Origin: a virus
Taxonomy: Duplodnaviria > Caudoviricetes
DNA: 37,619 bases
IMG/VR virus record: IMGVR_UViG_3300021791_000005
Span: 1 to 37,619 of that record
Reading direction: 5' to 3' (one strand)
Shown here: in pieces, positions 16,784-26,664 of the stretch
Layout: every line of letters starts with the position of its first letter
Position numbering within the stretch: position 1 is the stretch's first letter
Position numbers and translations under genes: made by a program
Notes under the pieces: model-generated
Seen by the model: only the letters and a program-made list of their open reading frames with translations
What the model was told of the DNA's origin: nothing
Database searches by the model: none

Positions 16784-18958
16784 ATGGCTACAACAGTATC
16801 TCCACAAGGAATACTTTCATTTGACGCTAGTGATTATAGCGCTCAAACGATGTCTGCTATCAATGCTTCTAATAACGCAGTTAAAATTGCGTTAGAAACA
16901 CAGAAACACTTGGTATCGGCTCGTATTGCAAATGCTAATCGGGCTCTTAAACGAAGGTTTCTTGAGAATCAAATATTAACTGACGATCTTAATAGACAAG
17001 TTCTTCAAAGAAAGATTAAGAAAGCAAAAGATACAGAAGACGTACTAGATAAGATATATGGTACAAAGACTCCCCCTACTTCTCCCCCTACTTCTCCCCC
17101 TACCACTTCTCGAGTAAATCCAGAAGACCCTGGTATTGGTGGTTCTGGTGGTTCTGGTGGTTACAGGTTTCCCGGAACTACGACTTTAATGAATATAGCT
17201 GCTCTTGGTGGTGCTAGTAGTCCTCAAGCGAGTGGTGAAGGACCACCTGATCTACATAGACAACTTCATAATAGGGGTCTAAAGGCTCTTGAAGATAAAC
17301 ATGAAAGTGATAGAGCCTTTCGAGCAGATCCAGAAGGTCTATTTGAATCTTCACCACATCCAGATCCAAAACCAAATTACAAAGATGTAACTGGTAAATA
17401 CCCACCAGAGTCTGGTCGACAGGTAGCGGAGGGAGAAGGTTATACTCAACCGTGGCAAAAAAAAGTAGCCGATAATCCGTGGCAAAAAAAAGTAGCCGAT
17501 AAGAAAAATGACCCAAAGAGCTCCCAATATTGGTCAGATTCAGGGTCTAGTTCATACCAGGAAATGTTTTCGGAAATGTATGACGGCCCGTCGTCTGCAA
17601 AGGAACTCGGATTAACTGAATCAGTTTCTGATTCATTTATAAAAATTATAGATGAGGTTTTTCCTAAAGAAGGTGAACTGCCATCAGACGCATCTAGTGA
17701 AACATTTATTCGTAAGATAGCTACCGCTATGGGTATGGATATTGCCTGGAGCGACGTACCAGAAGCTGCACCTGAAGAAAGAAATAAACTTTATAATGAA
17801 ATTAAATCTAAATTCTTGGTTAGCTCGCTAGATGCAAAAAGAGACATGTTAAACCACGAAGCTCTTATATCTAAAAATACTGATGATCTTGTTGAGCTTC
17901 GGTACCCACAAGATAGTTTGATTACAGATAAAAATCCAATTGCCCTAAATATTTTAGAGAACATATCATCACCACGACGACCTGGTGATAGGTTAAGGAA
18001 AATTCATAGAGATCCTGAGGGTAACTGGACAGCTATTAGCCCTGAGGATATTACAGCTAGTCCTGGGGATATTGGTGAAGATCTTTCTGTTAAAGAGATT
18101 GAAGAACATCATATTAAGTTAGAAAAATCTGGGCTTGATCCTAGAGATATTCCTATTACTTCAAATTATAGTGATCCTTCACGTAAGCCTGTAAATACTC
18201 TTTTTCGTATGGTTAATTACAATGCTAAGGAAATGGATCGTATTGAGACGTTTCTTAAGGGTGATATCACCCCACAACATCGTGAAATTGCATCTGGGCT
18301 TCTTCGATCAAAACAAGAGTTTCAACTAGAACTCGAAAAAGGGATTGAGGAGATTAAAACTTCTGCTGTCAGAAGAGCTCGTGAAGAACTGATTATAGAT
18401 TCACTGAGAGACTCTACTATTAGCGAGGATGATAGAAAATATATTGAAGAAGAAAGTGTAAACCGAACGACTTCAAATTATTTTACTAAGTCATTAACTA
18501 ATTGGTTTACAAGTTTTGATGATGCAAAACGAAGAAATAATGAACTACAAAAATATGTTATTGGAACGAGTAAATGGGGTTATGGTAAAGATACGGTTAA
18601 AGTAGATTTTAACGAAATAGTTTCTGACGGTCGTTGGTCACTTATTAACGATCTATTTCAGAAATTTAAAACCTCTCATCACGCTGTCTTTGATAGTAAA
18701 AAAGATAACAAACTAGCGTATATGATATTTAAGCATCATCTGTACGCTACAACTAATTTTAATTTGACTCCTGACAAATACCTTAACTCTGTTAAGCGAT
18801 TTGAATATCGCGGTCATGATTTAGTCCCATTGGATAAAAATACTAATACCGTTGAGGATTCTGAGGCGTATTTGTCTTTGATTAATAATCTAACGAGTAA
18901 AGAGTTTATCCAGAATTCTATTCGTACAGATCGTAGAAGAGAGCAAGTTCATAACTAA
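16784..18958 (+). CDS. Probable internal virion / ejection protein, 724 aa
   Basis: Position; helical N-terminus with disordered repeat-rich linker. Confidence 0.55.
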   Translation: MATTVSPQGILSFDASDYSAQTMSAINASNNAVKIALETQKHLVSARIANANRALKRRFLENQILTDDLNRQVLQRKIKKAKDTEDVLDKIYGTKTPPTSPPTSPPTTSRVNPEDPGIGGSGGSGGYRFPGTTTLMNIAALGGASSPQASGEGPPDLHRQLHNRGLKALEDKHESDRAFRADPEGLFESSPHPDPKPNYKDVTGKYPPESGRQVAEGEGYTQPWQKKVADNPWQKKVADKKNDPKSSQYWSDSGSSSYQEMFSEMYDGPSSAKELGLTESVSDSFIKIIDEVFPKEGELPSDASSETFIRKIATAMGMDIAWSDVPEAAPEERNKLYNEIKSKFLVSSLDAKRDMLNHEALISKNTDDLVELRYPQDSLITDKNPIALNILENISSPRRPGDRLRKIHRDPEGNWTAISPEDITASPGDIGEDLSVKEIEEHHIKLEKSGLDPRDIPITSNYSDPSRKPVNTLFRMVNYNAKEMDRIETFLKGDITPQHREIASGLLRSKQEFQLELEKGIEEIKTSAVRRAREELIIDSLRDSTISEDDRKYIEEESVNRTTSNYFTKSLTNWFTSFDDAKRRNNELQKYVIGTSKWGYGKDTVKVDFNEIVSDGRWSLINDLFQKFKTSHHAVFDSKKDNKLAYMIFKHHLYATTNFNLTPDKYLNSVKRFEYRGHDLVPLDKNTNTVEDSEAYLSLINNLTSKEFIQNSIRTDRRREQVHN
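17450..17502. repeat. In-frame 27-bp tandem duplication (PWQKKVADN/K)
   Basis: CCGTGGCAAAAAAAAGTAGCCGATAA occurs twice. Confidence 0.95.
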
Positions 18959-18978
18959 AAATAATTTGGTTATCAATA

Positions 18979-21900
18979 ATGTCAATTTTTGATTTTCCAA
19001 TTAAAACTATTGGCCCAGCAAGCCAGTTAACATCTGATTTAGCTAATCCTAAAATTGGAGTTAACTATCCAGAATTACCAGACCCACCAATTAGTGATGT
19101 CGCTAATCGAGATCCTCTTCTAGCTAAAATGTTGGATTTTGGTATTTTAGATAATGATACGGCTAGAATTCTTATTAGTAAGGATAACGACAGAATTCAT
19201 GAAGCTCGTGTTCAAGAGCAAATAAAGCGAACAGAATTAGATATTGCCACAAAAGATATTAAGCGTGGTGTATTTGATAAAGAAAGAGGTCTATTCACTC
19301 ATATAGGTGGAGTTCCTACTCCCTTTATGCAAGTAGGGACTTTTTTGGGGATTGAAAATGATTGGCTTCGTTTAGCCGTAGACATGATTGTTGATCCGCT
19401 AAACCTTATTAGTGGAGTCGGGGCACTAACTAAACTTGGTCGTGCTACTCGTTTTATCGCTAGAAGTAGTGATAGCAATATTACTGCGAAACTTAGCACA
19501 TTAAATGGCGGTCTAAATTTTTTAGCCCAAGAAGTATTAGGTCCAAAAGTTCATAAAGAAGGGGTAACTGCTCTTCGTGAACTCATAGAAGAATTTATGA
19601 ACACTCAAAGCCCTGAACTTGCTAATAAGGTTGTTCATGGCTTTAAAAAATTAAGTAAAACAAAGTTTACTAAAGAACAGTTAATAAAGTTAAAAGAGAG
19701 AGATCCAGATCTTGCTAACCTTTTGGTGAATGATAACTTTACAAGGAAAGCTTTTAGAAACGCCTTAGAGGTTCTTGACCCTCATGATAACGTAAAAGAG
19801 GCTTCTAGCTTTCTTGGCAAGATTCAGTCTGGAGAACGTGGCATTGTTCGCTTTGGGCTACCATGGACTGATAAAGAAATATCTGGGACTTTTGACAAGT
19901 TCTTTTCTGCAATAAAAGCGAATGATGAAGAAGCAGCAAGATTTGCAGGTAAAAGTCCAACAGACATTGATACCAATCCACTTAACCAATTCCTTAATTC
20001 TTTAGGTCGTGGTACAGCATCTGTTCTTACTGGTGTTAAAGATGCTTTTTGGTCACCAAGTACATTTATTAAGTCTGCTGATTCTGTTGGTATGTATACT
20101 CGTGAGGCATTGGAGAATCCTCACTGGAGTGATTTAGAAGCATTAAAAGCTTCTAAAAAACATACTATGGAAGCAGTTAATGGTACTTGGCATACAGAAG
20201 TAGAAGTTGCTGCAAATATTGGTAATAATTCAGGGGCAATTGGTAAACCATCATATAGTACAAATCCAAAGGGCATGTATAGTGCGGCAATGTCTGCTGA
20301 TAATTTGTTAAAAGGTGCAGCAGAACAACAATCCGTATCTTTAAATAGAATCTTTGGTAATGACCCAGATAAACTTAAACAACTTTCCCATTTAATGGGA
20401 GATGAAGTATGGACGACGGTTGAGACTGGGATTAAAGGAAAAGAACTTGAAGTTAAATTAAATGCTAATTCTATTTATAAAAACTTCAACGATACACAAA
20501 AAGCCGCTGCTCATGAACTTCGTGAATTACTAGATGAAATTGGCAAGAGTGCATACGAAAAGGGACATATTGAGGAATTTGTATCAAGCTATTTCCCAAT
20601 AGTTGTTCATGTTCCTAAGAGTCCTGTCGCTGAAGGTAAAAAAGTATTAGAAGATTATCTTAATAATTTTAAAAATATTAGCGCTGAGTTGACGTCTAAA
20701 GCAAAAGAATTAGCAGAAGTAGTATGGAACCCCAAACTAAAACTTAGTGATCGTCAACGTTCTTCTGAAGAACTATCGAAAGTTCTATCCGAAATATTTG
20801 GTAAAAAAGCTGTTGGTGGTAGTGGTGGGTTTTCAAAACATACAATAAATAGAACTTTTACTAACCTAGCAGAAGCAGAAGAATTTTTAGCGGAAAAAAA
20901 AGCATTAGGCATTAAAGCACCATTTGAGATTACTGCATCAAGAGCAGATCATGTAATTGTTGAGTATATAAAATCTATTGGAAAACTTTCTATACAAGAT
21001 CATCTTCTTGAAGGTCTTAGTAAAATGCCGGTAGATGATTCTCATCTATCTAAATGGGCTAAGAAACAAATTGGTGATGCTAGTATTGAAGATAAAGAAT
21101 TATTGTCTAATTTTTCTAGGGTAGTTATAACACTAGACGATCTTTTAGATCGAGGCACTGTCGCATTAGGTAAAGAACATATACTAAAGAAATTTGGGGG
21201 TAAAGCTGGTGGCCGTTCATTAGAAGAAATAGAAGAACTTAATACATTCTTGTCCAAGAATGAAATTAAGATAAATTCCATTAGGGATAAATTTGTTAGT
21301 CTACAAGATGATATTGCTGACTTTGCAGGAGATAAAAGGAAGGCCAAATTTAAAAATCTTAAAAATAGAGCAGAAAAAGTTAATGAAGAATTAGAATCTT
21401 TATATCTTGGAAATGACGCAAAACTTATAGAAAAGAAAAACGTTATAAAAGATTCATTTAGTGAAGTTTTTAGAGTCCTTGATTTCATGGGTGATCCAGT
21501 AAAGGGGTCAAGGCATTCATTGGCAAGCAAGTTTAAAGAAAGAACAAAACCACTAGACTATCAATATTTTGAATTAGAAGATTCTCATAGGAAGGGCATC
21601 TATTTTCACAGAAGTGTTGCCGAGGATATGCTTAGTTTTTTTGACAATAGTTCTTGGTCGAATTTCTTAAATAAGAATACAGGAACTATTGGTCCTAAAG
21701 CATTTGGGATAATTGATAAGCTTAATAAGTTAGCAAAGACTAGTCTCTTTAATCTTAATCCATTCTTTCATGCTACCGCTCTAACACTTTCAAACTTTGC
21801 GTTATTGCCACTACCTGCTGCCGCTAGAAATTTTAAAGACATGACTGTCATTGGTTGGCATTCAATGTTAAAGGGCGGAGTTGGTAAGGGCGGAATGAGT

Positions 21901-23223
21901 AGTGAAAAAGCTACTGAAGCAGTATTCAGGATTATTCAAAGAACACATGATGCTGTTAATGGTGGTGGTGTTGATGCTTCAGATATTATAGCTGAAATGC
22001 ACAAATCAGGCGTGAAGCTTGGTCGTGCTACTCTGGATGCAGATGATGGATATGATCTATTTGATGGCTTCATGAAATCAATGATTGAGTCTCTTGATGC
22101 CAATGATTTACCATCACACCCTTTACGAGGGATTAAATGGTGGAATGATCTTTCAGATAGGAACCTTTGGACAGTTCTACAGAATTCATTTAAGGTTTCT
22201 TCATGGGCTCATATTCGTAAAGCAGAAATGCTTCGGCAGGCCAAGAGGTTGGGCAGAAATATTGATAGTCTTGATCAGAACTTAATGAACAAGATCAATA
22301 TTGAAGCTGGAAATATTGTCAACCAAGCTTACGGTGGTTTGGCTTGGGAACGACTGTTGTTGAATAGTGACCACAAAAACTTCCTTAGATTTGCAATATT
22401 AGCTCCTGATTGGACTATGTCCAATATGTTAATGGCCAGGGATCTTTTCGTTAACATGCCTGGTGTTAAAAATGCAGCAATCATGGGAAAAAGTATTGCT
22501 CCAGATGTCATGTTAGGTGACATGAGATTCCATTGGGCAATGCAATATAATATGCGTGCAGCTACATATGGCTTCTTGTTTGGAAGCCTTATGAACTATA
22601 TGGGAACTTGGTATCTATCGAGAGAAGAGACTGGCGTTGGGAAAGGTAAGTGGATACATGAGAATGATAATGAAGCTATAGATAGTAGGACTGGAATTAA
22701 GAGTCGTGTTATTCTTCCATGGATGAATAATGATGGCCGAAGGCAATACATGGATGTCTATCGGCAGTTCTCTGAACCATTGGTAGGATTTAATGATCCA
22801 CAGCATTATGCAGTAGGTAAGATGGGTATCTTGCCTAGAGTATTTTTGAGTGGAATGATTGGTCAAGACTCAATGGGTAATCCAATTGCTGGTGCAGAAG
22901 ACGGACCATTTGCAAAGATTATAAAACAGCTATGGGCAACAGGTCTTCAGTTCGCTCCAATTGCTGTACAACAAGCAGCCAAATACGCTATGGGTGAAAT
23001 CCCTGGTCAGAATGTTATTATTGGAACTGCTGGTTTCCCAATTGCCAGTCAGTCTAAAATTAACTACCAGAGAGAATTAAAGCTTAAAGAACTGAATCTT
23101 TTAAAGAATATGTCTGCTGCTGAAGCAAGAGCTTATAGAGTTGAAAAAAGAGATCGTAGAATGCTTGAGCAGTCAATGAATCCTCAACGATACAGACCAA
23201 CACCACCATTGCCGCCAATATAA
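18979..23223 (+). CDS. Large internal virion / ejection protein, 1414 aa
   Basis: Size, position, helical composition, VDPLNL and LAPDW motifs. Confidence 0.65.
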   Translation: MSIFDFPIKTIGPASQLTSDLANPKIGVNYPELPDPPISDVANRDPLLAKMLDFGILDNDTARILISKDNDRIHEARVQEQIKRTELDIATKDIKRGVFDKERGLFTHIGGVPTPFMQVGTFLGIENDWLRLAVDMIVDPLNLISGVGALTKLGRATRFIARSSDSNITAKLSTLNGGLNFLAQEVLGPKVHKEGVTALRELIEEFMNTQSPELANKVVHGFKKLSKTKFTKEQLIKLKERDPDLANLLVNDNFTRKAFRNALEVLDPHDNVKEASSFLGKIQSGERGIVRFGLPWTDKEISGTFDKFFSAIKANDEEAARFAGKSPTDIDTNPLNQFLNSLGRGTASVLTGVKDAFWSPSTFIKSADSVGMYTREALENPHWSDLEALKASKKHTMEAVNGTWHTEVEVAANIGNNSGAIGKPSYSTNPKGMYSAAMSADNLLKGAAEQQSVSLNRIFGNDPDKLKQLSHLMGDEVWTTVETGIKGKELEVKLNANSIYKNFNDTQKAAAHELRELLDEIGKSAYEKGHIEEFVSSYFPIVVHVPKSPVAEGKKVLEDYLNNFKNISAELTSKAKELAEVVWNPKLKLSDRQRSSEELSKVLSEIFGKKAVGGSGGFSKHTINRTFTNLAEAEEFLAEKKALGIKAPFEITASRADHVIVEYIKSIGKLSIQDHLLEGLSKMPVDDSHLSKWAKKQIGDASIEDKELLSNFSRVVITLDDLLDRGTVALGKEHILKKFGGKAGGRSLEEIEELNTFLSKNEIKINSIRDKFVSLQDDIADFAGDKRKAKFKNLKNRAEKVNEELESLYLGNDAKLIEKKNVIKDSFSEVFRVLDFMGDPVKGSRHSLASKFKERTKPLDYQYFELEDSHRKGIYFHRSVAEDMLSFFDNSSWSNFLNKNTGTIGPKAFGIIDKLNKLAKTSLFNLNPFFHATALTLSNFALLPLPAAARNFKDMTVIGWHSMLKGGVGKGGMSSEKATEAVFRIIQRTHDAVNGGGVDASDIIAEMHKSGVKLGRATLDADDGYDLFDGFMKSMIESLDANDLPSHPLRGIKWWNDLSDRNLWTVLQNSFKVSSWAHIRKAEMLRQAKRLGRNIDSLDQNLMNKINIEAGNIVNQAYGGLAWERLLLNSDHKNFLRFAILAPDWTMSNMLMARDLFVNMPGVKNAAIMGKSIAPDVMLGDMRFHWAMQYNMRAATYGFLFGSLMNYMGTWYLSREETGVGKGKWIHENDNEAIDSRTGIKSRVILPWMNNDGRRQYMDVYRQFSEPLVGFNDPQHYAVGKMGILPRVFLSGMIGQDSMGNPIAGAEDGPFAKIIKQLWATGLQFAPIAVQQAAKYAMGEIPGQNVIIGTAGFPIASQSKINYQRELKLKELNLLKNMSAAEARAYRVEKRDRRMLEQSMNPQRYRPTPPLPPI

Positions 23224-24992
23224 TGGGCTTACTATTAATAAGAGCAAGAAGGTTCGGTCGCGGTTTTACTCCACCGCCAAATACTGTGATTATATATTCT
23301 AGTGATGTAACAGGTTCATATCCTGTTGCCCGTTTATGGAATACTAGATATATAAATCTCACCGGTACAACTACTGGTGGAATATATGAATCTCTTCAGG
23401 CTTTAAATACATACAGCCCTAATGGTGGGAAAATATTACTTAGCAATGGGAAGCACTACATTACTTCTACTCTAGTTATAGAAAGAGATAATATAACTAT
23501 TGAGGGTGATAGTTCTTCAAAGACTATAATCTGTGCCAATTCTTCAATTGATACGTCAGATAGTAATAGATTCTCTAACAAGGGAATGATCCATATTAAG
23601 GACTCAAATAACTTTGAGCTAAAGAATTTAACGATTCTTTATCCCAACAAGGATCGTCGTGGGGATGATATTACTATTCCCTCAGCTCAATATGATAGTT
23701 ATTTGGTCTCTATAGATAACACACTAGAAACTAGCACTCTTAAAGATATTTGGATTAAATCGGTTCATATCGTAGACCAGGTGGGCGGTGTTGGTGGGAT
23801 TCAGTTTACTTCACTTACTAGTACTTCTCTATTCAGTAACATTAATATCTTTGATTCTGAAATAACGAGTGAAGTTTCAACTGGTACAAATACCGTTGAC
23901 TACGATGATATCGGTGCTCGTGGGATTCTTTTTAATGGTAAGAATGGCACCAATGAAAAGGTTCTGATATCCAGGTGTAAAGTCGATGGTTGTTGGCGTG
24001 GTTCTTTGGCTGTCTATATTGATACAGATGGATATTCAGGTATGTGGGGACCGTTATCAATAGATAACTCTTCATTTACCAACTCGGATAAGTATGGTCT
24101 TTACCTTTATCGTTTGTATCACGGGAGTCTACAAAACAGTGAGGTTACTGGACACTTAAGCGATGGTATCTTCTCTTTTGATACTCATGATTTGTTTAAG
24201 ATAACTAATAACCTTATTGTTGATAACATAGGTAAAGACTTTAATTATAACCGTAGTTGGGCACCCGAGGGTGGAACCGCAAGAACGTCACATTTGATGT
24301 TATCCGGCAATACTTTTGGTACATTATCTGATGTTCCTTATTATTCTGGTTCTAGTTATTCTGAAACTGGAATTGATATTAGTGGTGATTTAAAAACCGG
24401 AACTATTAGAGATAACACATTTCTAAATTGTATTGTTCCATTTTCTATTTCTAGCGCTCCTGCCCAGAGTGGCACTGCTGGGATAAGATTCTTTTCTGGC
24501 AATAACTTTTATAACTGTGGGACACCTCATCATTCAAGTAGTGAAGTAGCGTATCAAGATGTTATATGGGGTGATAATTCAGTAACATCAGATGATAACT
24601 TTGTATCTGATGATTGGGACAATGCAACAGATATGAAGGGCTCTAGTTTTGATAAATATAAACTTATTGATTCCGGATCTTCTTCTGAAGAGAAGAGCAA
24701 TATTGGTATATATGAAAATATAGTTGGAGTTGATACAACTGGTGGTGACATTACGTTAATTCTTTCGGAGTATGCCAAAGCTGGAACTTCAGTTACTATC
24801 AAGAACTTAAGCGTAGATAGTGATAAAGTTATAGTTGAAACTACTGGAGATCAGAAGATTGGAGATCCAGATAATGACAGAACGTCAGTAGATCTTCCAG
24901 ATGGTCCTAGTGGATTTCCTGGTGTAGCAGCATTATTCTTCTTTGACGGGTCGCATTGGTATCCAGCATTTGAAAAGACGTTATCATCATAG
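23223..24992 (+). CDS. Tailspike / right-handed beta-helix (pectate-lyase-like) receptor-binding protein
   Basis: GGKILLSNGKHYI, NITIEG and repeated I..N.F rungs; C-terminal VDTTGGDITLIL module. Confidence 0.78.
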   Translation: MGLLLIRARRFGRGFTPPPNTVIIYSSDVTGSYPVARLWNTRYINLTGTTTGGIYESLQALNTYSPNGGKILLSNGKHYITSTLVIERDNITIEGDSSSKTIICANSSIDTSDSNRFSNKGMIHIKDSNNFELKNLTILYPNKDRRGDDITIPSAQYDSYLVSIDNTLETSTLKDIWIKSVHIVDQVGGVGGIQFTSLTSTSLFSNINIFDSEITSEVSTGTNTVDYDDIGARGILFNGKNGTNEKVLISRCKVDGCWRGSLAVYIDTDGYSGMWGPLSIDNSSFTNSDKYGLYLYRLYHGSLQNSEVTGHLSDGIFSFDTHDLFKITNNLIVDNIGKDFNYNRSWAPEGGTARTSHLMLSGNTFGTLSDVPYYSGSSYSETGIDISGDLKTGTIRDNTFLNCIVPFSISSAPAQSGTAGIRFFSGNNFYNCGTPHHSSSEVAYQDVIWGDNSVTSDDNFVSDDWDNATDMKGSSFDKYKLIDSGSSSEEKSNIGIYENIVGVDTTGGDITLILSEYAKAGTSVTIKNLSVDSDKVIVETTGDQKIGDPDNDRTSVDLPDGPSGFPGVAALFFFDGSHWYPAFEKTLSS

Positions 24993-24994
24993 CC

Positions 24995-25231
24995 ATGGAA
25001 GCAATATTCTTAGAAATGGTTAAAGATGCGCCAATGGCTGTCGCCTTACTTGTTGTATTTTCTCTATTTATGAAGCATATGAAGGAAAGGGAGTGTGCAT
25101 TTGCTAGGAGATATGAAGATCTATTAAAAGAGAGTCATGAATGTCAGCGTCATTCTATGAAGGCTGTAACAGAAATGACACAGGTTGTAAGTGAGCTTAA
25201 AGGGATAATCGCTTCCAGCCTTAATAATTAA
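24995..25231 (+). CDS. Small membrane protein (N-terminal TM + coiled coil), holin-like
   Basis: MAVALLVVFSLFM followed by a charged helix. Confidence 0.6.
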   Translation: MEAIFLEMVKDAPMAVALLVVFSLFMKHMKERECAFARRYEDLLKESHECQRHSMKAVTEMTQVVSELKGIIASSLNN

Positions 25232-25244
25232 TTGGTTTACCTAA

Positions 25245-25634
25245 ATGCGTATAATCCTTTTAATTGGCGTAATAACTTTTACTGGTTGCACGTCCTTTTT
25301 TCAGGGAAGAGTGACGAAGCATGATGAGGCAATTAGTTCAATCCAAGAGGAGAGAATTTTCCTTCTGGCCAAAAGAAGAGAACTCAAAAGAGATATCTCG
25401 TCTTCAGAGAGAGAAGGAAAAGATACAGCAGGTCTTCAGCGAAAGCTTAAAGAACTGCAATCAGGTATTGTCAGAACTGAAAAACAACTTGAAGAAGAGA
25501 AAGGATCTCAGAGAGAAGCTCTCAAAGGCGCTACGTATGAAATAAAATACAAGCAGGAGATGTTAGCAGCTATTCTCGGTATAGGTGCTACAGCTATTTC
25601 AGCCCTTGTAAGAAGTGCGAAGAGAACGGTATGA
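25245..25634 (+). CDS. Lipoprotein with coiled coil and C-terminal TM; u-spanin-like
   Basis: MRIILLIGVITFTG-C lipobox; MLAAILGIGATAISALV then RSAKR. Confidence 0.6.
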   Translation: MRIILLIGVITFTGCTSFFQGRVTKHDEAISSIQEERIFLLAKRRELKRDISSSEREGKDTAGLQRKLKELQSGIVRTEKQLEEEKGSQREALKGATYEIKYKQEMLAAILGIGATAISALVRSAKRTV

Positions 25635-25816
25635 AGGATTTTTTGCGTAACTCTAGTAAGAAATTGTGGGTAGTTATTTCAGCCGCAATTGTTCTTTTGC
25701 TTAAGGATGTGTTTGGTCTGTCTGAAGAGACAGCCCAGGAACTTACAGCTATTGCTGGTGCTTACCTTGTTGGTCAGGGTATTGCCGACATGAATAAGCA
25801 CAAGCCAGGTGGTTAG
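25631..25816 (+). CDS. Holin-like protein, 61 aa, two hydrophobic segments
   Basis: SKKLWV...AYLVGQGIAD pattern. Confidence 0.7.
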   Translation: MKDFLRNSSKKLWVVISAAIVLLLKDVFGLSEETAQELTAIAGAYLVGQGIADMNKHKPGG

Positions 25817-25827
25817 GAGTATTTGAT

Positions 25828-26274
25828 ATGGCGAATAAGTTTTTTACAGAAGCGATTAAAACTGCCCTTGACGGTGATTTGGATATTAGTAACGGAACCT
25901 ATCAAGTTAGGCTATACACAACCGCACCAACGTCTGCTGAACTTGGAACAGCAGCCATAAGGTTAGATGATTTATCTTCTAGCGCTGCTGCTGGGCAGTC
26001 TTATGCTACCGATATTGGCATTACTACTCCAACAATTGAATTTAATAGTGGTGATGTTAAATATGGAGATAACATTGAAACTATAGTCATTACGCCTGCT
26101 GCCATTGATGAAAGCGAGACAGTTATAAATATGGTTGTGTATCAGGCTAATGATACTGATGCAGCCTCTATACCAATTGTTTCCTGTGATATTACTTCAA
26201 CTACTACTAATGGTCAAAACTTGACCATTACAGTAGCCGGTAATGGGTTCGGTAATGTTGCTGTTAATGCTTAG
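25828..26274 (+). CDS. Virion structural protein, 148 aa
   Basis: AGGAG RBS; acidic, Thr/Ala-rich beta protein; VRLYT and NGQNLTIT motifs. Confidence 0.65.
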   Translation: MANKFFTEAIKTALDGDLDISNGTYQVRLYTTAPTSAELGTAAIRLDDLSSSAAAGQSYATDIGITTPTIEFNSGDVKYGDNIETIVITPAAIDESETVINMVVYQANDTDAASIPIVSCDITSTTTNGQNLTITVAGNGFGNVAVNA

Positions 26275-26340
26275 TAGGTAATATCCCGGTAAGAAATGCA
26301 AAGTTTAATAGGTGTCTAAGATTATTGTTGGGGATTAGAA

Positions 26341-26664
26341 ATGCCTTCACCCGGCGATGTTGTTACCTATTTTGAAGCTTATGACGGAGGCTTTGACTGC
26401 TTTTCGGCTAGCGTCACGTCTGTAAGGGGTGGCAACCTTTTGGATCTTAGCTTCCCGCTCGGAATTCGCGTATCGATACCATGGCTTGAGGATTTCCCTG
26501 CTGATCCGACGATAGACTTCTGGTCATTTGGCGAACGGCCAGAGTTATGGCCACAGAACACAATCGACTTGTTAGACCGTGTGGATGTCGGTTTTATTCC
26601 GCGCCCATTGACGCCAAGGAAAAGCTACACCTACAAGGATGACACGTGGCGGTATCACGCATAA
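26341..26664 (+). CDS. Hypothetical protein, 107 aa
   Basis: ORF with PSPGDVVTY start; GC-richer than its surroundings. Confidence 0.65.
   Translation: MPSPGDVVTYFEAYDGGFDCFSASVTSVRGGNLLDLSFPLGIRVSIPWLEDFPADPTIDFWSFGERPELWPQNTIDLLDRVDVGFIPRPLTPRKSYTYKDDTWRYHA

Noticed and set aside
21042-21530. 162-aa antisense ORF and other short ORFs nested in long genes (for example 861-1223, 11554-11886, 17214-17516)
   Set aside because: Fully overlap well-supported genes, with shadow-like composition and no RBS
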